Shown here: positions 14,952 to 24,339 of the stretch, piece by piece
Position numbering within the stretch: position 1 is the stretch's first letter
How the letters are laid out: each line of letters opens with the position of its first letter
DNA from: Marispirochaeta sp.
GTDB lineage: Bacteria > Spirochaetota > Spirochaetia > JC444 > Marispirochaetaceae
DNA length: 64,000 nt
NCBI GenBank assembly: GCA_963676835.2
Contig: CAXXFF010000004.1
Location: forward strand, 1 to 64,000
Direction: 5' to 3'
Position numbers and translations under genes: made by a program
Notes under the pieces: generated by a model
What the model was told of the DNA's origin: nothing
What the model saw: the letters and a program-made list of their open reading frames with translations, nothing else
Database searches by the model: none

Positions 14952-15559
14952 CGTACCTTGCTCTGTTCAACAAGCTTCTTTATTTTTTTGGTACCCAGCC
15001 AGACCTTTTCCATGGTCTCGATGTTGATAAGTTCCATATCCACCTGATAGAGAACCGCCCGTTTGCCTTCAACGGCATCCACCTGGGAAGTGATAACTCC
15101 CAAAAGCATAAAGTCCGCTCCGGTCTCTTCGCCGAGACGCTTGATGGTGTCCTGAGATGCTTCCAGCTGCTGATCTTCCTTTTCGGCCCGTACACCGGCC
15201 CGTTCGGATGCGTTGGCAACAAAGGTTACCTGGCCGCCGTTAATAAGCTCCCGCTCGATGTCCTTAACAAAGGGAGTTGTATCGATATGCTCAGAGCTGC
15301 GGTTACGCATGGAACCGACAATAACCACGGGCTTTTTGCCCTCGGCCTGACGGAAATCACCCAGCCAGGGGCGACTGGTCATATCTGCGATCATCTCTTC
15401 TGCTACAAGGCGGCTGTCGGTGTCGTTCCAGCGGCCGCTTAGATCGGTCTGGGTATCTGCAGCTGTACGCTGAACTGAGGTTCCGGTGGTGGTACATCCG
15501 GTAAAAACAAGCAGTATTGCGATTAAAAGCACGGGCAGGAAGGTAAGCTTTGCTCTCAT
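14945..15559 (-). CDS. lpoB: penicillin-binding protein activator LpoB-family lipoprotein
   Basis: Lipobox FTGC, DLSGRWNDTD, NRSSEHID, GADFML and KKIKK. Confidence 0.85.
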   Translation of the reverse strand: MRAKLTFLPVLLIAILLVFTGCTTTGTSVQRTAADTQTDLSGRWNDTDSRLVAEEMIADMTSRPWLGDFRQAEGKKPVVIVGSMRNRSSEHIDTTPFVKDIERELINGGQVTFVANASERAGVRAEKEDQQLEASQDTIKRLGEETGADFMLLGVITSQVDAVEGKRAVLYQVDMELINIETMEKVWLGTKKIKKLVEQSKVRW

Positions 15560-15675
15560 AACTATTTAACGCTCCTTTTATACGTAACTGTCATAATATG
15601 TCACTTGAAAAGCATAGCTAAACATATATCACGGGTCAAGCCAAAACTCCCGATGAAAACCGGGAAAAAAGTCAG

Positions 15676-15833
15676 TATGCGCCAGGGACCGCAGCGGCAG
15701 CCCGGCCCCGGGGGCCAGAGGGCGACCCGGCGGAGGGGACGGAGCCGGAAGGAGCCCCTGCGGAAGCGGTACATATATATTTTGAAAGACCCCGGGGACG
15801 GCTACGAGCGGAGGGCCCGGTACAGGCGCCATA
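15676..15833. repeat. GC-rich structured intergenic element
   Basis: Abrupt GC-rich block with repeated GCGG(A/C)AG motifs, short palindromes and imperfect inverted ends TATGCGCC / GGCGCCATA. Confidence 0.45.
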
Positions 15834-15942
15834 AAATATTCCCGGGAGTGAAATTGCTTGATCTAAGAGTTCCTGAGAGGTACTCTGATATGTGGTAAAG
15901 TAGTAGTAAGATGTGATAGACGATAAGAAAAAAGGAGTCTGT

Positions 15943-16380
15943 ATGAAATATGCTGTACCGCTTTTGCTGGCGGTATTGATTTTGGGTGCCTGCAGCACCG
16001 TCCCCACTGAAAAAGACGGCTTTTCCTTTGTGGAGCTGATAAACAATGGAGAGTGGCAGGAGCTGAGTGATATGACCGGCAGCCCCTTTCTGCTGGATAC
16101 GGAGATGATTATGCGCCCCGCGGATACCCGGGAGTTCTGGAAGATTCTGGCCGAGGGCGGGTTCAGTCTGGGAGAGGCGGAGTTTGCCGTGCTGGATGAT
16201 CCGGCGGATTCGTCCCGTTACGGAAGCGGTCTTGAGATTGAGCAGTTTTTTGCCAAGTATGTTCCGGAAGATGCGGTTACCTTTGTGGTTGACGGCGGTC
16301 CGGGGAAGTTCTTTTTAACCGTGGGCAAGGATGATAAACGGAAAAACCGCATTTTTGCCTTTACCGGCCCGGTGGAATAG
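15943..16380 (+). CDS. lipoprotein
   Basis: RBS AAGGAG; MKYAVPLLLAVLILGAC lipobox. Confidence 0.8.
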   Translation: MKYAVPLLLAVLILGACSTVPTEKDGFSFVELINNGEWQELSDMTGSPFLLDTEMIMRPADTREFWKILAEGGFSLGEAEFAVLDDPADSSRYGSGLEIEQFFAKYVPEDAVTFVVDGGPGKFFLTVGKDDKRKNRIFAFTGPVE

Positions 16381-16390
16381 AGGTGGTTGT

Positions 16391-17422
16391 ATGAAAAGAG
16401 GCATTCTGATTTTTTCTACTGTTCTGATGTTTGTTTTGAGCTCCGCCGCCCTCTTTGCCGAGGTTGCCACCGTTGAATATGTGGAAGGCTGGGTTGATCT
16501 GCGCTACCCCGACGGCGAGCTGGTTGAGGCTTTTATCGGGGACGCCCTGAACCGGGACGATGCGATTGTTACCGGAGATGACGGCATTGCCACCCTGGGC
16601 AATAATGGCGCCGTGGAAATTACGGTAAAGCCGAACTCGGTTTTCAGCCTGCGGGAGATTGATTCCGGAGGAGAGAAAGAGACGGTTATGCACACCGCCC
16701 TGGGGGCTGTGAGCTTCAAGTTCAACCGGCTTTTAGGCAAGGAGCCGCGGATTTCCACCCCCAGTTCCGTTGCGGGTGTTCGGGGTACGGAGTTTACCGT
16801 CTATGCCGGCGATGAGGGATCGACTCTGTTTACGGTGGACTCCGGCGAGGTTCAGGTTGTGAGCCAGGGTGTTCCGGTGACGCTTTATGAGGGTGAAGGT
16901 GTTGAAGTTAAGGCGGGACGGGCGCCGGGGGCGAAGTTTCAGAAGAAAGGCCGTCCTATTGATTTTTCAGAGTGGGCAGTAGCAAAGCAGGAAGAGTTTT
17001 CAGCTGATCCCATTGCTGGACTTCGAGGGATTCAACGGCAGATGGAAGATTATGCGCGGGAGGTGGAGAATCTCAGTATGATCTTAAAAGATACAAAAGA
17101 CCATATAATGGAATTAAGACAGCAATACGAGAATATCTCCGGAGAAAAGGGGAAAGAAATAGCAGATAAATTTTATGATGAAAGTGTAAAACCTGTAGAA
17201 CGAGAAATTTCACCGCTCGTGCAGAATATCCGCTATTTCACCTTGTCCGCCTTTTCCCTGAAACGTTTTGTCGTAACCAAACAATATATGCTTATGAAAG
17301 CGGGATTCTTAACTAAGAAGATAGATGCTTCAACATATTCCGAGTTTATTGACTACATGAGCATGATAGAATCAGCTTTTGACCAGAATATTTTGGAATA
17401 CGTTACTGAATATGATATTTGA
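16391..17422 (+). CDS. secreted FecR-domain protein with C-terminal helical region
   Basis: Signal peptide; TPSSVAGVRGTEF FecR motif; RBS GAGG. Confidence 0.85.
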   Translation: MKRGILIFSTVLMFVLSSAALFAEVATVEYVEGWVDLRYPDGELVEAFIGDALNRDDAIVTGDDGIATLGNNGAVEITVKPNSVFSLREIDSGGEKETVMHTALGAVSFKFNRLLGKEPRISTPSSVAGVRGTEFTVYAGDEGSTLFTVDSGEVQVVSQGVPVTLYEGEGVEVKAGRAPGAKFQKKGRPIDFSEWAVAKQEEFSADPIAGLRGIQRQMEDYAREVENLSMILKDTKDHIMELRQQYENISGEKGKEIADKFYDESVKPVEREISPLVQNIRYFTLSAFSLKRFVVTKQYMLMKAGFLTKKIDASTYSEFIDYMSMIESAFDQNILEYVTEYDI

Positions 17423-17438
17423 TGGAAGGAGATTTTCG

Positions 17439-17855
17439 ATGAAAAAGATAATACTGGGTTTGTTCGCAATAATATTTGTTGTAGCTTTCTTTTCAAGTTG
17501 CGAAGAAGTGTTACCCATTTCTAAAACAGAGCGTATTGCTCTTTTTGTGGCAGACCTACAAGCCGGTGGATCATATTCAGGTGTTCCAGACAACTTCTCA
17601 GAAGCAGATATGACCAATGACTGGGGAACTGTAACATCAGGATCAACATATTGGGATTCACCTCCTTGGGATAACATGTCTTTTGTGTATACAGTTGATC
17701 TGACAGAGGCCACTAAAGTTACAACCACTTTTGCCGCAAGTGGAGGCGGATCATACAAAATAGAATTCTATTTTGTAAAAGATTCCAATATATCTGGGGC
17801 AGATGTATGGTTGATTTATCAAATTGATATTGATGACTCAGTAGAATTATACTGA
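17439..17855 (+). CDS. lipoprotein (AT-rich gene)
   Basis: RBS AAGGAG; MKKIILGLFAIIFVVAFFSSC lipobox. Confidence 0.8.
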   Translation: MKKIILGLFAIIFVVAFFSSCEEVLPISKTERIALFVADLQAGGSYSGVPDNFSEADMTNDWGTVTSGSTYWDSPPWDNMSFVYTVDLTEATKVTTTFAASGGGSYKIEFYFVKDSNISGADVWLIYQIDIDDSVELY

Positions 17856-17873
17856 TAATAGTTTTTTATATTC

Positions 17874-17906
17874 AAAACCGCCGAGGAGATTCCCGGCGGT
17901 TTTTTT
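17874..17906 (+). terminator. rho-independent terminator
   Basis: AAAACCGCCG...CGGCGGTTTTTTT. Confidence 0.8.
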
Positions 17907-17921
17907 ATGACTGCCTGGTAT

Positions 17922-18137
17922 TCTTCGCGGCAGAGGTGAGAGATATTCTTTAAGCCTGAAACTGCGCCTTTATTCACTACCGCATCAATATTACGCGACT
18001 GGTGCCGTGTATCAGGCCAGCAGGCGCCTCTCCAGCCCCCCTCACCCTGCCCTCTCCCGGAGGGAGAGGGTGTAGACGCCAGAGGCCCCCTCGCCTATCT
18101 TCCAAAAAAAGGAGAGGGGGTTGGGGGTGAGGGTTGG
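17922..18137 (+). repeat. ~210-bp direct repeat copy 1 containing CCCTCACCC/GGGAGAGGG REP-like palindromes
   Basis: Aligns with 19845-20048; the 37-nt block 18038-18074 is identical to 19957-19993. Confidence 0.85.
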
Positions 18138-18427
18138 CGTCAAAGCTCAAAGAATGGATAGAGTGAATGCCCTTATAAATAAACAAGAAAATCCTGGTCT
18201 TCGGCAGTATCTCTTGACTTACCATATAACAACTAATAGCCTTTTAGATACTGGAGCATATTACATCTAAACATGATGTTATTACCTTGAGATGATTACG
18301 AAAATGTATGTACAGTGTATTTTACTCTGCAGCATGTTTCCTTATACCGGCAATGTCGTGTCAATTCAGATTTCCAGGATAAAGAATGTAATTCCTCACC
18401 TGGTATATAATTATACTCAAGGCTGAC

Positions 18428-19675
18428 ATGGTTGTAAATATTCTTACAATTCTAATTATGTTTCGTTTCATTGCCGCTATGTATTTTCTGGAGACGGAAT
18501 TTCATAAGAAAGACATTTTCCGTTTTCTCCTGCCCGCGGGGTGGCTAATTTATGCCATTGGACCAGTCTTTGCCATAGTGCAGTATATCCACTTAAAAAA
18601 CCTCAACCATCCGCTGTTCGGGTTTTCTACTGCAACCGGCACGTTTTTCATCATTCTCAGTCTGATTCGCTCTTTTATTTCCCCTTCCGTTAAAATTATC
18701 ACGACACTTTTTATCTGTATGTGCACAATTCTAATTAGCGGGTTTACGATATTCCCCTCATACGGTTTATTTCTTACCCTTTCTGGTCAGCTGCTTATTA
18801 TTCTTACAACTTTTTTCATCATTTTGCTGAATAGAAAATGGATTATAGAAGTGGGCGGTTTAAGCAGTTATCTATGGCTGATTCTATTTTTCTGTTTTTC
18901 TCTTTTTGCCATTTATATCCATATTATCTTCACTATTGATCCTTTAGCTGTACGATTTACGCTGACTCTTTTTGCCAATCTTATTCTTTTTATTACTTTT
19001 CTGCATTTCGACCGAGAACAGACAATAGGCGAGTTGAAATGGAGTAGACAGCAGATAGCTGAATCCCTTAACGAAAAGGAAATTCTTCTCAGAGAAATTC
19101 ACCATCGGGTGAAGAACAACATGGCAATTATGAATTCCCTTTTAAACCTGCAATCTGCGGAGTTCGAAGACCCCTGCATGATTGAGCAGTTTAAAAAGGC
19201 TCAGAACAGAATTGAAGCAATGGCTATGGTTCATCAAAAGCTGCATGAATCACAAATGCTCTCTAAAGTTCCCTTCAGGGAATATGTTTCAGGCCTGATT
19301 GAACATGTCAGTCAAAGCTTTGATGAATTTATTGAAATTAATACTGATATTGAAGATTTCGATTCATCGCCGGAGATGCTGATTCCCTGTGGTCTTATTA
19401 TTAATGAAGCAATAATGAACAGCATGAAGCATGCTTTTTATCCCGATGATGATAAGAAGATTTCAATTAAAACAGTTCTCTCTGAGAGTAAATTTTTACA
19501 CCTGACAATCGCAGACAATGGTAAAGGGTTCCCGGATAATTTTTCTCCTGAAAAAATCTCAGGGCTCGGTTTTCAGCTTATTATCAGCCTGGCCAAACAG
19601 CTTGAAGCAGAGATAGAGTTAAAAAATGTACACGGGAGTCAAATCCTGTTGAAGATTCCTTTCCATGTACACTAA
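18428..19675 (+). CDS. multi-TM sensor histidine kinase (HisKA_2 type)
   Basis: About 7 hydrophobic segments; EIHHRVKNN, NSMKHAF, DNGKG and GLG. Confidence 0.9.
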   Translation: MVVNILTILIMFRFIAAMYFLETEFHKKDIFRFLLPAGWLIYAIGPVFAIVQYIHLKNLNHPLFGFSTATGTFFIILSLIRSFISPSVKIITTLFICMCTILISGFTIFPSYGLFLTLSGQLLIILTTFFIILLNRKWIIEVGGLSSYLWLILFFCFSLFAIYIHIIFTIDPLAVRFTLTLFANLILFITFLHFDREQTIGELKWSRQQIAESLNEKEILLREIHHRVKNNMAIMNSLLNLQSAEFEDPCMIEQFKKAQNRIEAMAMVHQKLHESQMLSKVPFREYVSGLIEHVSQSFDEFIEINTDIEDFDSSPEMLIPCGLIINEAIMNSMKHAFYPDDDKKISIKTVLSESKFLHLTIADNGKGFPDNFSPEKISGLGFQLIISLAKQLEAEIELKNVHGSQILLKIPFHVH

Positions 19676-19782
19676 TGGAAAAAACGGTCGAAAGGTTACG
19701 TTTATTTGTCCCCGCAAAAAGTCTGTAAAATCGGGGAAATTCCAAGCCCTTTTCAAGACGGAGAGGGAGATAGTTGCGAATA

Positions 19783-19824
19783 GCCCCCCTCGCCTATCTT
19801 CTGAAAACAGGAGAGGAGGGTGAG
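19783..19824 (+). repeat. partial REP-like copy
   Basis: GCCCCCCTCGCCTATCTTCTGAAAACAGGAGAGGAGGGTGAG resembles the second half of the repeat at ~18084-18133. Confidence 0.7.
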
Positions 19825-19844
19825 AGTCGCCTTAGGGATAGCTC

Positions 19845-20048
19845 TTTCGCGTTACAGGCGAGAGCTAGTTTCCGGGCCTGAAACTCTGCTTTAAAACACT
19901 ATCGCAGCAATATTACGCGACTGGCGCGGTGTGCCAAAGCAGCAACCCTCCAGCTTCCCCTCACCCTGCCCTCTCCCGGAGGGAGAGGGTGTATGACGCG
20001 AGAGGCCCCCTCGCCTTTCGGGAGAGGTGGTTTGGGGGTGAGGGTTGG
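19845..20048 (+). repeat. ~200-bp direct repeat copy 2 with REP-like palindromes
   Basis: See copy 1. Confidence 0.85.
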
Positions 20049-20150
20049 TGTAGGGGACATTTTTTACACATCTCCGTGTTAAATGCCGTGCATTTTTTGC
20101 AACAACTCTGTATACTGCGCATACAAAATAACCATTATATGGAGTGAAAG

Positions 20151-20693
20151 ATGACAAAAAAACTTACACGGATTATTATTCTTACTATCGTATCAATTCT
20201 GTTTGCAACAGGCTGTTCCGGTGGAGGAGCAGGATCCTCCGGTCAAACAACAGAACAGATAGAATTTGCAGAGGCCTTATCACTGTACTTGCTTGGAGGT
20301 TTGACAGCTGGTCTTGATGCCGGTTTGGTTTCAATGGACAGTGATTTTAATGGAACCTTAACTCAAGCAGAAATCATTGCAATGGATCCTGAAAATGCCA
20401 ATGCAACAGGCAGTATTGACTATGACTACGATTATAATGATGCAACAGGAGAAGCTGTTTATACTCTTACATTTAATTCATTTTCTTTCTCCACGATAGA
20501 GTTCAGTTCAACTCTTTCCGGTACAACCGTTGAGGTATCGACAACCGGTTCACAAGAATCAACCTCAACAGGAACCCTTACCTACGCTGGCGGAAATATG
20601 GTACTGGACGTTTATACTGATGATTCCGGTAATCCAGGCGGCACAATTACTTATAAAGGCACCGTGTACAACTGGTCTGATTATTCCTTATAA
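20151..20693 (+). CDS. acidic beta-rich lipoprotein (paralogue of 23695)
   Basis: Lipobox ATGC-SGGGAGS; aligns with 23695..24231. Confidence 0.85.
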   Translation: MTKKLTRIIILTIVSILFATGCSGGGAGSSGQTTEQIEFAEALSLYLLGGLTAGLDAGLVSMDSDFNGTLTQAEIIAMDPENANATGSIDYDYDYNDATGEAVYTLTFNSFSFSTIEFSSTLSGTTVEVSTTGSQESTSTGTLTYAGGNMVLDVYTDDSGNPGGTITYKGTVYNWSDYSL

Positions 20694-20716
20694 AAAAAAG
20701 CGAAACCCAACGAAAC

Positions 20717-20760
20717 GGCCCCCTCATCCTGAAAACAGGAGAGGGGTTCGGGGGTGAGGG
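20717..20760 (+). repeat. partial REP-like copy
   Basis: GGCCCCCTCATCCTGAAAACAGGAGAGGGGTTCGGGGGTGAGGG. Confidence 0.7.
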
Positions 20761-20863
20761 CCGACTTTTTGACTGCATACCTACTCAACCTATAAAAACA
20801 CATTTGCTTATCCCTCTTTCTACTGATATAATCCGAATCAAAATTTATTTCAGGAGAAAAAGA

Positions 20864-21445
20864 ATGAAAAAAATCCTATTAACTTTAGTACTTCTATGGC
20901 TTGTACTATTCCCGGTTAGTGTCGTCGCACAGCAGAATCCTATTGATGCCGGAAGTTTTGAGTTTGGCATCGGAAATATTGCAAACCTCTGGCTGCAAAA
21001 AGGAGATAATTATGATGAGGCCACCGATATCTCAATTGGCTCGACGCCTGTTCTGACTTTTGGGTATTTCGTTTCTGACGGAATTATGCTTGGGGCAAGC
21101 ATTTACTACGAATCATATAAGTCTGAATCAATGACTGATCCAGATACAGATTTTCTTTTGCAACCTCAACTTAAATACTATATCCCGGTATCATCGCAAA
21201 CCCTAGCTAATCTTAGAATTCTTGCCGGCTATTCATCATCTACCTATGATGGCGATTCTGAGACCTACACGCGAACACGCTTTGGGCTGGGCGGCGGCCT
21301 GACCTATTTGCTTCTACCAGGCCTTGGCGCTGTCATTCATGCCGACTACATTTACTTCCCCAATAGAGCAGTAAGCGGAACAACTATAGACAATTCAAGC
21401 TACAATATTATTGAAATTGGCGTCGGGTTAAGCGCCTACTTCTAA
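20864..21445 (+). CDS. small outer-membrane beta-barrel protein (paralogue of 24340)
   Basis: Signal peptide, amphipathic strands and C-terminal GLSAYF. TTGCTT-17-TATAAT promoter at 20804-20832. Confidence 0.8.
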   Translation: MKKILLTLVLLWLVLFPVSVVAQQNPIDAGSFEFGIGNIANLWLQKGDNYDEATDISIGSTPVLTFGYFVSDGIMLGASIYYESYKSESMTDPDTDFLLQPQLKYYIPVSSQTLANLRILAGYSSSTYDGDSETYTRTRFGLGGGLTYLLLPGLGAVIHADYIYFPNRAVSGTTIDNSSYNIIEIGVGLSAYF

Positions 21446-21719
21446 CAACAAATAAATGAAATAGCCCACGATACTACTACTTACAGAATTAAATAAAAGT
21501 GTGGTGCTGTCGATATCTTCCGGCAGCACCCATTAAATAACTGTCAGCATACCTGATAATTATTTACCTTTTTTATTAGTATGTTTGGTTGCGAAACCCG
21601 TATAGCTGGACAGCTGCCCAATTAAACCGGTTGACTATATTTAATAGCCACTATCAACCTTTAAGAGTGTTAAACAGGAGCGGCTCCTCGGTGATGAGGG
21701 CTGGCCGGTAGGCTATAGC

Positions 21720-22835
21720 CTATCTCCCTTCAACCAACTCAATCTGCCCATAGTTACCGCTGAACAGCCACTCAGAACTCTCCCCATGGGGAATACTCTC
21801 AGGCTCCAGACCAACCATTACCTCAGACTTGGAAATACGGCTTATGAGTATATCTGTGGAGAAATAGTCTACAATTGAAGATGTCCTGGTTACGTGGGGC
21901 CAATGGTTGTCACCTACAAGCCTTCTGTAGTTCAGGTCTCCTTTAAAAAGTATAAGATCCGACCGGGAGAGTTCCGCCGCTAACTCTTTTGGCATTTGAG
22001 AGAACAGTTTTCCGCTTGCATTAAAAGGATGAGAACAGAGTTCCAGTTTTCCTTCCTTCTCAAATCCGTTCATAGCTTCTACAAAAAAGGCAGCGCTTTT
22101 GTTTTCCAAGAGAATATCTAAAAGAAAACGGTAATCGGAGATTAGTGCGTCGGAGACAAAATAGGGCATCTGCTTGAAATGCAGTTTTATTTTACTTACC
22201 GCCGTATGAGTCAAAAGCCAGTAGGCAAGCAGAAGATCGAAAAAAAGCTCTTCCCCCGCATTATCCAGTACGATATCCACCTGCGAACAGTCATCTATTT
22301 TCGATGCAGCTTTATCCCGATGATCAATCAGCAGTTCGAAGGCCGAACGTGCGGAGTAATGGGATGGATGCTGACTCAAATCGGCTTTATTCCCCATTAA
22401 GTTCAGCAGGCAAATTTCTGAAAAGGAGCTGATAGAATCGACATTCTCCAGATACTGTGAAAACTTCTCCAGACCGATGCGGGCTTCAGCATCCTTTTTG
22501 TAACGGAAATAGTCAAAACCGTTGGAAAAAAATCCGCAGAGCTCGGAGATTTTGTGATACAGGTAGTTTTCAAGGAAAAGAAACGGAGCATTCAGCCATT
22601 TGTAATCAGGATTTTCTGCCAGGGTGGCATTGATATCTCCTGCAAAGGGATATGCCGGATGCAGTGGCGCCAGTGTACCTGACGGGATAGAATTCAGCAA
22701 CGCGTTAAGCCCCTTCTCCACTTCAGGCAAAAACTGATTATTCGCAATAAGGTCGTTTAAAATTGCGGGCAATCGTCTGGTAATGGTAAACCGGGCAAAG
22801 GAGTCCGCTTCTGATGTCATAAGCTGGTAATGCAT
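21720..22835 (-). CDS. ARMT1/DUF89 damage-control phosphatase family
   Basis: GNKADLS, VLDNAGEEL, PYFVSD and FKGDLNYRRL; start uncertain (22835-22886). Confidence 0.88.
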   Translation of the reverse strand: MHYQLMTSEADSFARFTITRRLPAILNDLIANNQFLPEVEKGLNALLNSIPSGTLAPLHPAYPFAGDINATLAENPDYKWLNAPFLFLENYLYHKISELCGFFSNGFDYFRYKKDAEARIGLEKFSQYLENVDSISSFSEICLLNLMGNKADLSQHPSHYSARSAFELLIDHRDKAASKIDDCSQVDIVLDNAGEELFFDLLLAYWLLTHTAVSKIKLHFKQMPYFVSDALISDYRFLLDILLENKSAAFFVEAMNGFEKEGKLELCSHPFNASGKLFSQMPKELAAELSRSDLILFKGDLNYRRLVGDNHWPHVTRTSSIVDYFSTDILISRISKSEVMVGLEPESIPHGESSEWLFSGNYGQIELVEGR

Positions 22836-23055
22836 AATTTTTTCCTCTTGAAGACTTATATCAAATGCATAGAACACTGCTATCACATATTTCGTATTGG
22901 TTCTACAGTGTATGTCGTTATATCACACTTAAAAACCTGCCCTACAACAACTCGTTTCCGTACGGTTTTTCACTTTTCAGCCCCGGACCAATTGTTTCCC
23001 TTAATATGGGAAGATACCATAAACCCATACCAAATTAGAAAGGGAGCTAAAAAAT

Positions 23056-23508
23056 ATGAATAGACGAAATATTCTTCCTGCTATGCTTTGCGCCGCAGCA
23101 CTACTGTTTCTTACTGCATCCTGCGATGAAGCAGGCAGCGGAGGCAGCACAAACTATGTGAACGAAGGCAGTACTTCAAACTTTATAAGCCTGACACTGG
23201 ACGCAACGCACAGTGGGACAGTGGCTGCAGACGGCGCAAGCTATTATACTTTCACCACAGGGGCTGCCGGAACCTATAACATTGCCCTTACCAATCTGCA
23301 GTCTGATTTGAGCTGGGATCTTTTTTCAGACTCTTCCCTGGCAACATCAACCCCCCCATGGGAAATGCATCAGGATGGCACATATGATAGCGGTGATGAA
23401 ATATCAGATACCGATGATCCACTTGCAGAAACTACACAGTATTGGATTCGGGTTGACGAATATGATGGAATTGCCGGTTCTTTTTCCCTGCTTGTAAGCA
23501 GCCCCTGA
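23056..23508 (+). CDS. lipoprotein with PPC-like beta-sandwich
   Basis: Lipobox TASC; YYTFT...GTYNIAL...YWIRV pattern. Confidence 0.75.
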   Translation: MNRRNILPAMLCAAALLFLTASCDEAGSGGSTNYVNEGSTSNFISLTLDATHSGTVAADGASYYTFTTGAAGTYNIALTNLQSDLSWDLFSDSSLATSTPPWEMHQDGTYDSGDEISDTDDPLAETTQYWIRVDEYDGIAGSFSLLVSSP

Positions 23509-23536
23509 AACCCGGGAGCTGGTCTTAAATCGATTA

Positions 23537-23560
23537 CCCGCCGGGGCCTCCGGCGGGTTT
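23537..23560 (+). terminator. terminator hairpin
   Basis: ACCCGCCGG...CCGGCGGGTTT. Confidence 0.6.
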
Positions 23561-23694
23561 AATATCAACCCTTCAGATTTAAGCTTTCAAAGCCGCTTCG
23601 TTCAGACCAGACAGCCGACCGCAGTATTTACCGTGAAAAATCGTAACATCCGCTATATACTGAAATAATCGATACTGCAATAAAAGGAAAAAAG

Positions 23695-24231
23695 ATGAAA
23701 AAAACAAAGACCTTAAACATTATTCCTGTTGTTATTGCTGTGGTGCTTTCCCTCAGCTGTTCCTCCGGTGGAGCCGGATCCAATGCGGATCTGGATTTAA
23801 TTAGAGAAGCTGTACGTCTCTACGGATTCGGGGTTGAGTTAGCAAACATTGATGATGCGTATCAGGACCTGAATACTTCATTTATCGGCACCGTTACTAA
23901 TGCAGAAATTCAAGCGGCATCCCCGGATTTTACCAGTGCAACAGGGAGTATAGCGTTTTCAAACTCCTACAGTAATTATGAATCCATAGATACCTTTGCC
24001 CTGACCTGGACTTTCACAGATTTCTGTATTGATCCTTCTGCATATTCTTCCTCTCTATCCGGTCCGCTTACCTATTCCCGGGTATACAGTGTCTCAAACC
24101 CGACAAGCACCACAGGAACACTGAGTTATGATGGTGATGATATGGTTTTTGATTTATATACCGATGCATCCGGAAACCTTGGAGGCGGAATAACCTTCAG
24201 GGGGACATTCTGCGCAGCCGAGGATATTTAG
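23695..24231 (+). CDS. acidic beta-rich lipoprotein (paralogue of 20151)
   Basis: Lipobox SLSC-SSGGAGS; shares ATGSI, TGTL.Y.G..MV.D.YTD.SGN.GG.IT with 20151. Confidence 0.85.
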   Translation: MKKTKTLNIIPVVIAVVLSLSCSSGGAGSNADLDLIREAVRLYGFGVELANIDDAYQDLNTSFIGTVTNAEIQAASPDFTSATGSIAFSNSYSNYESIDTFALTWTFTDFCIDPSAYSSSLSGPLTYSRVYSVSNPTSTTGTLSYDGDDMVFDLYTDASGNLGGGITFRGTFCAAEDI

Positions 24232-24339
24232 CAGTCGCGGTTACCTATAAAATGTTGAGATCCTCAGGTTACAAAGGTAAAATACCTCTCTATTGACACA
24301 AAACCCGTCTCCGGTAAGATATACAAAAAAGGATACTAA

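Noticed and set aside
15605..20157. ORFs 15605-15898, 17977-18225, 19891-20157 and 19929-20147
   Set aside because: They are translations of GC-rich repeat elements with low-complexity products and no RBS.
17922..20760. CRISPR array
   Set aside because: The repeats are dispersed, variable and palindromic, with no regular spacers and no cas genes.
21440..21720. Integron attC site after the beta-barrel gene
   Set aside because: CTAAC overlaps the stop codon, but there is no matching GTTRRRY at a suitable distance, no repeated attC and no integrase.
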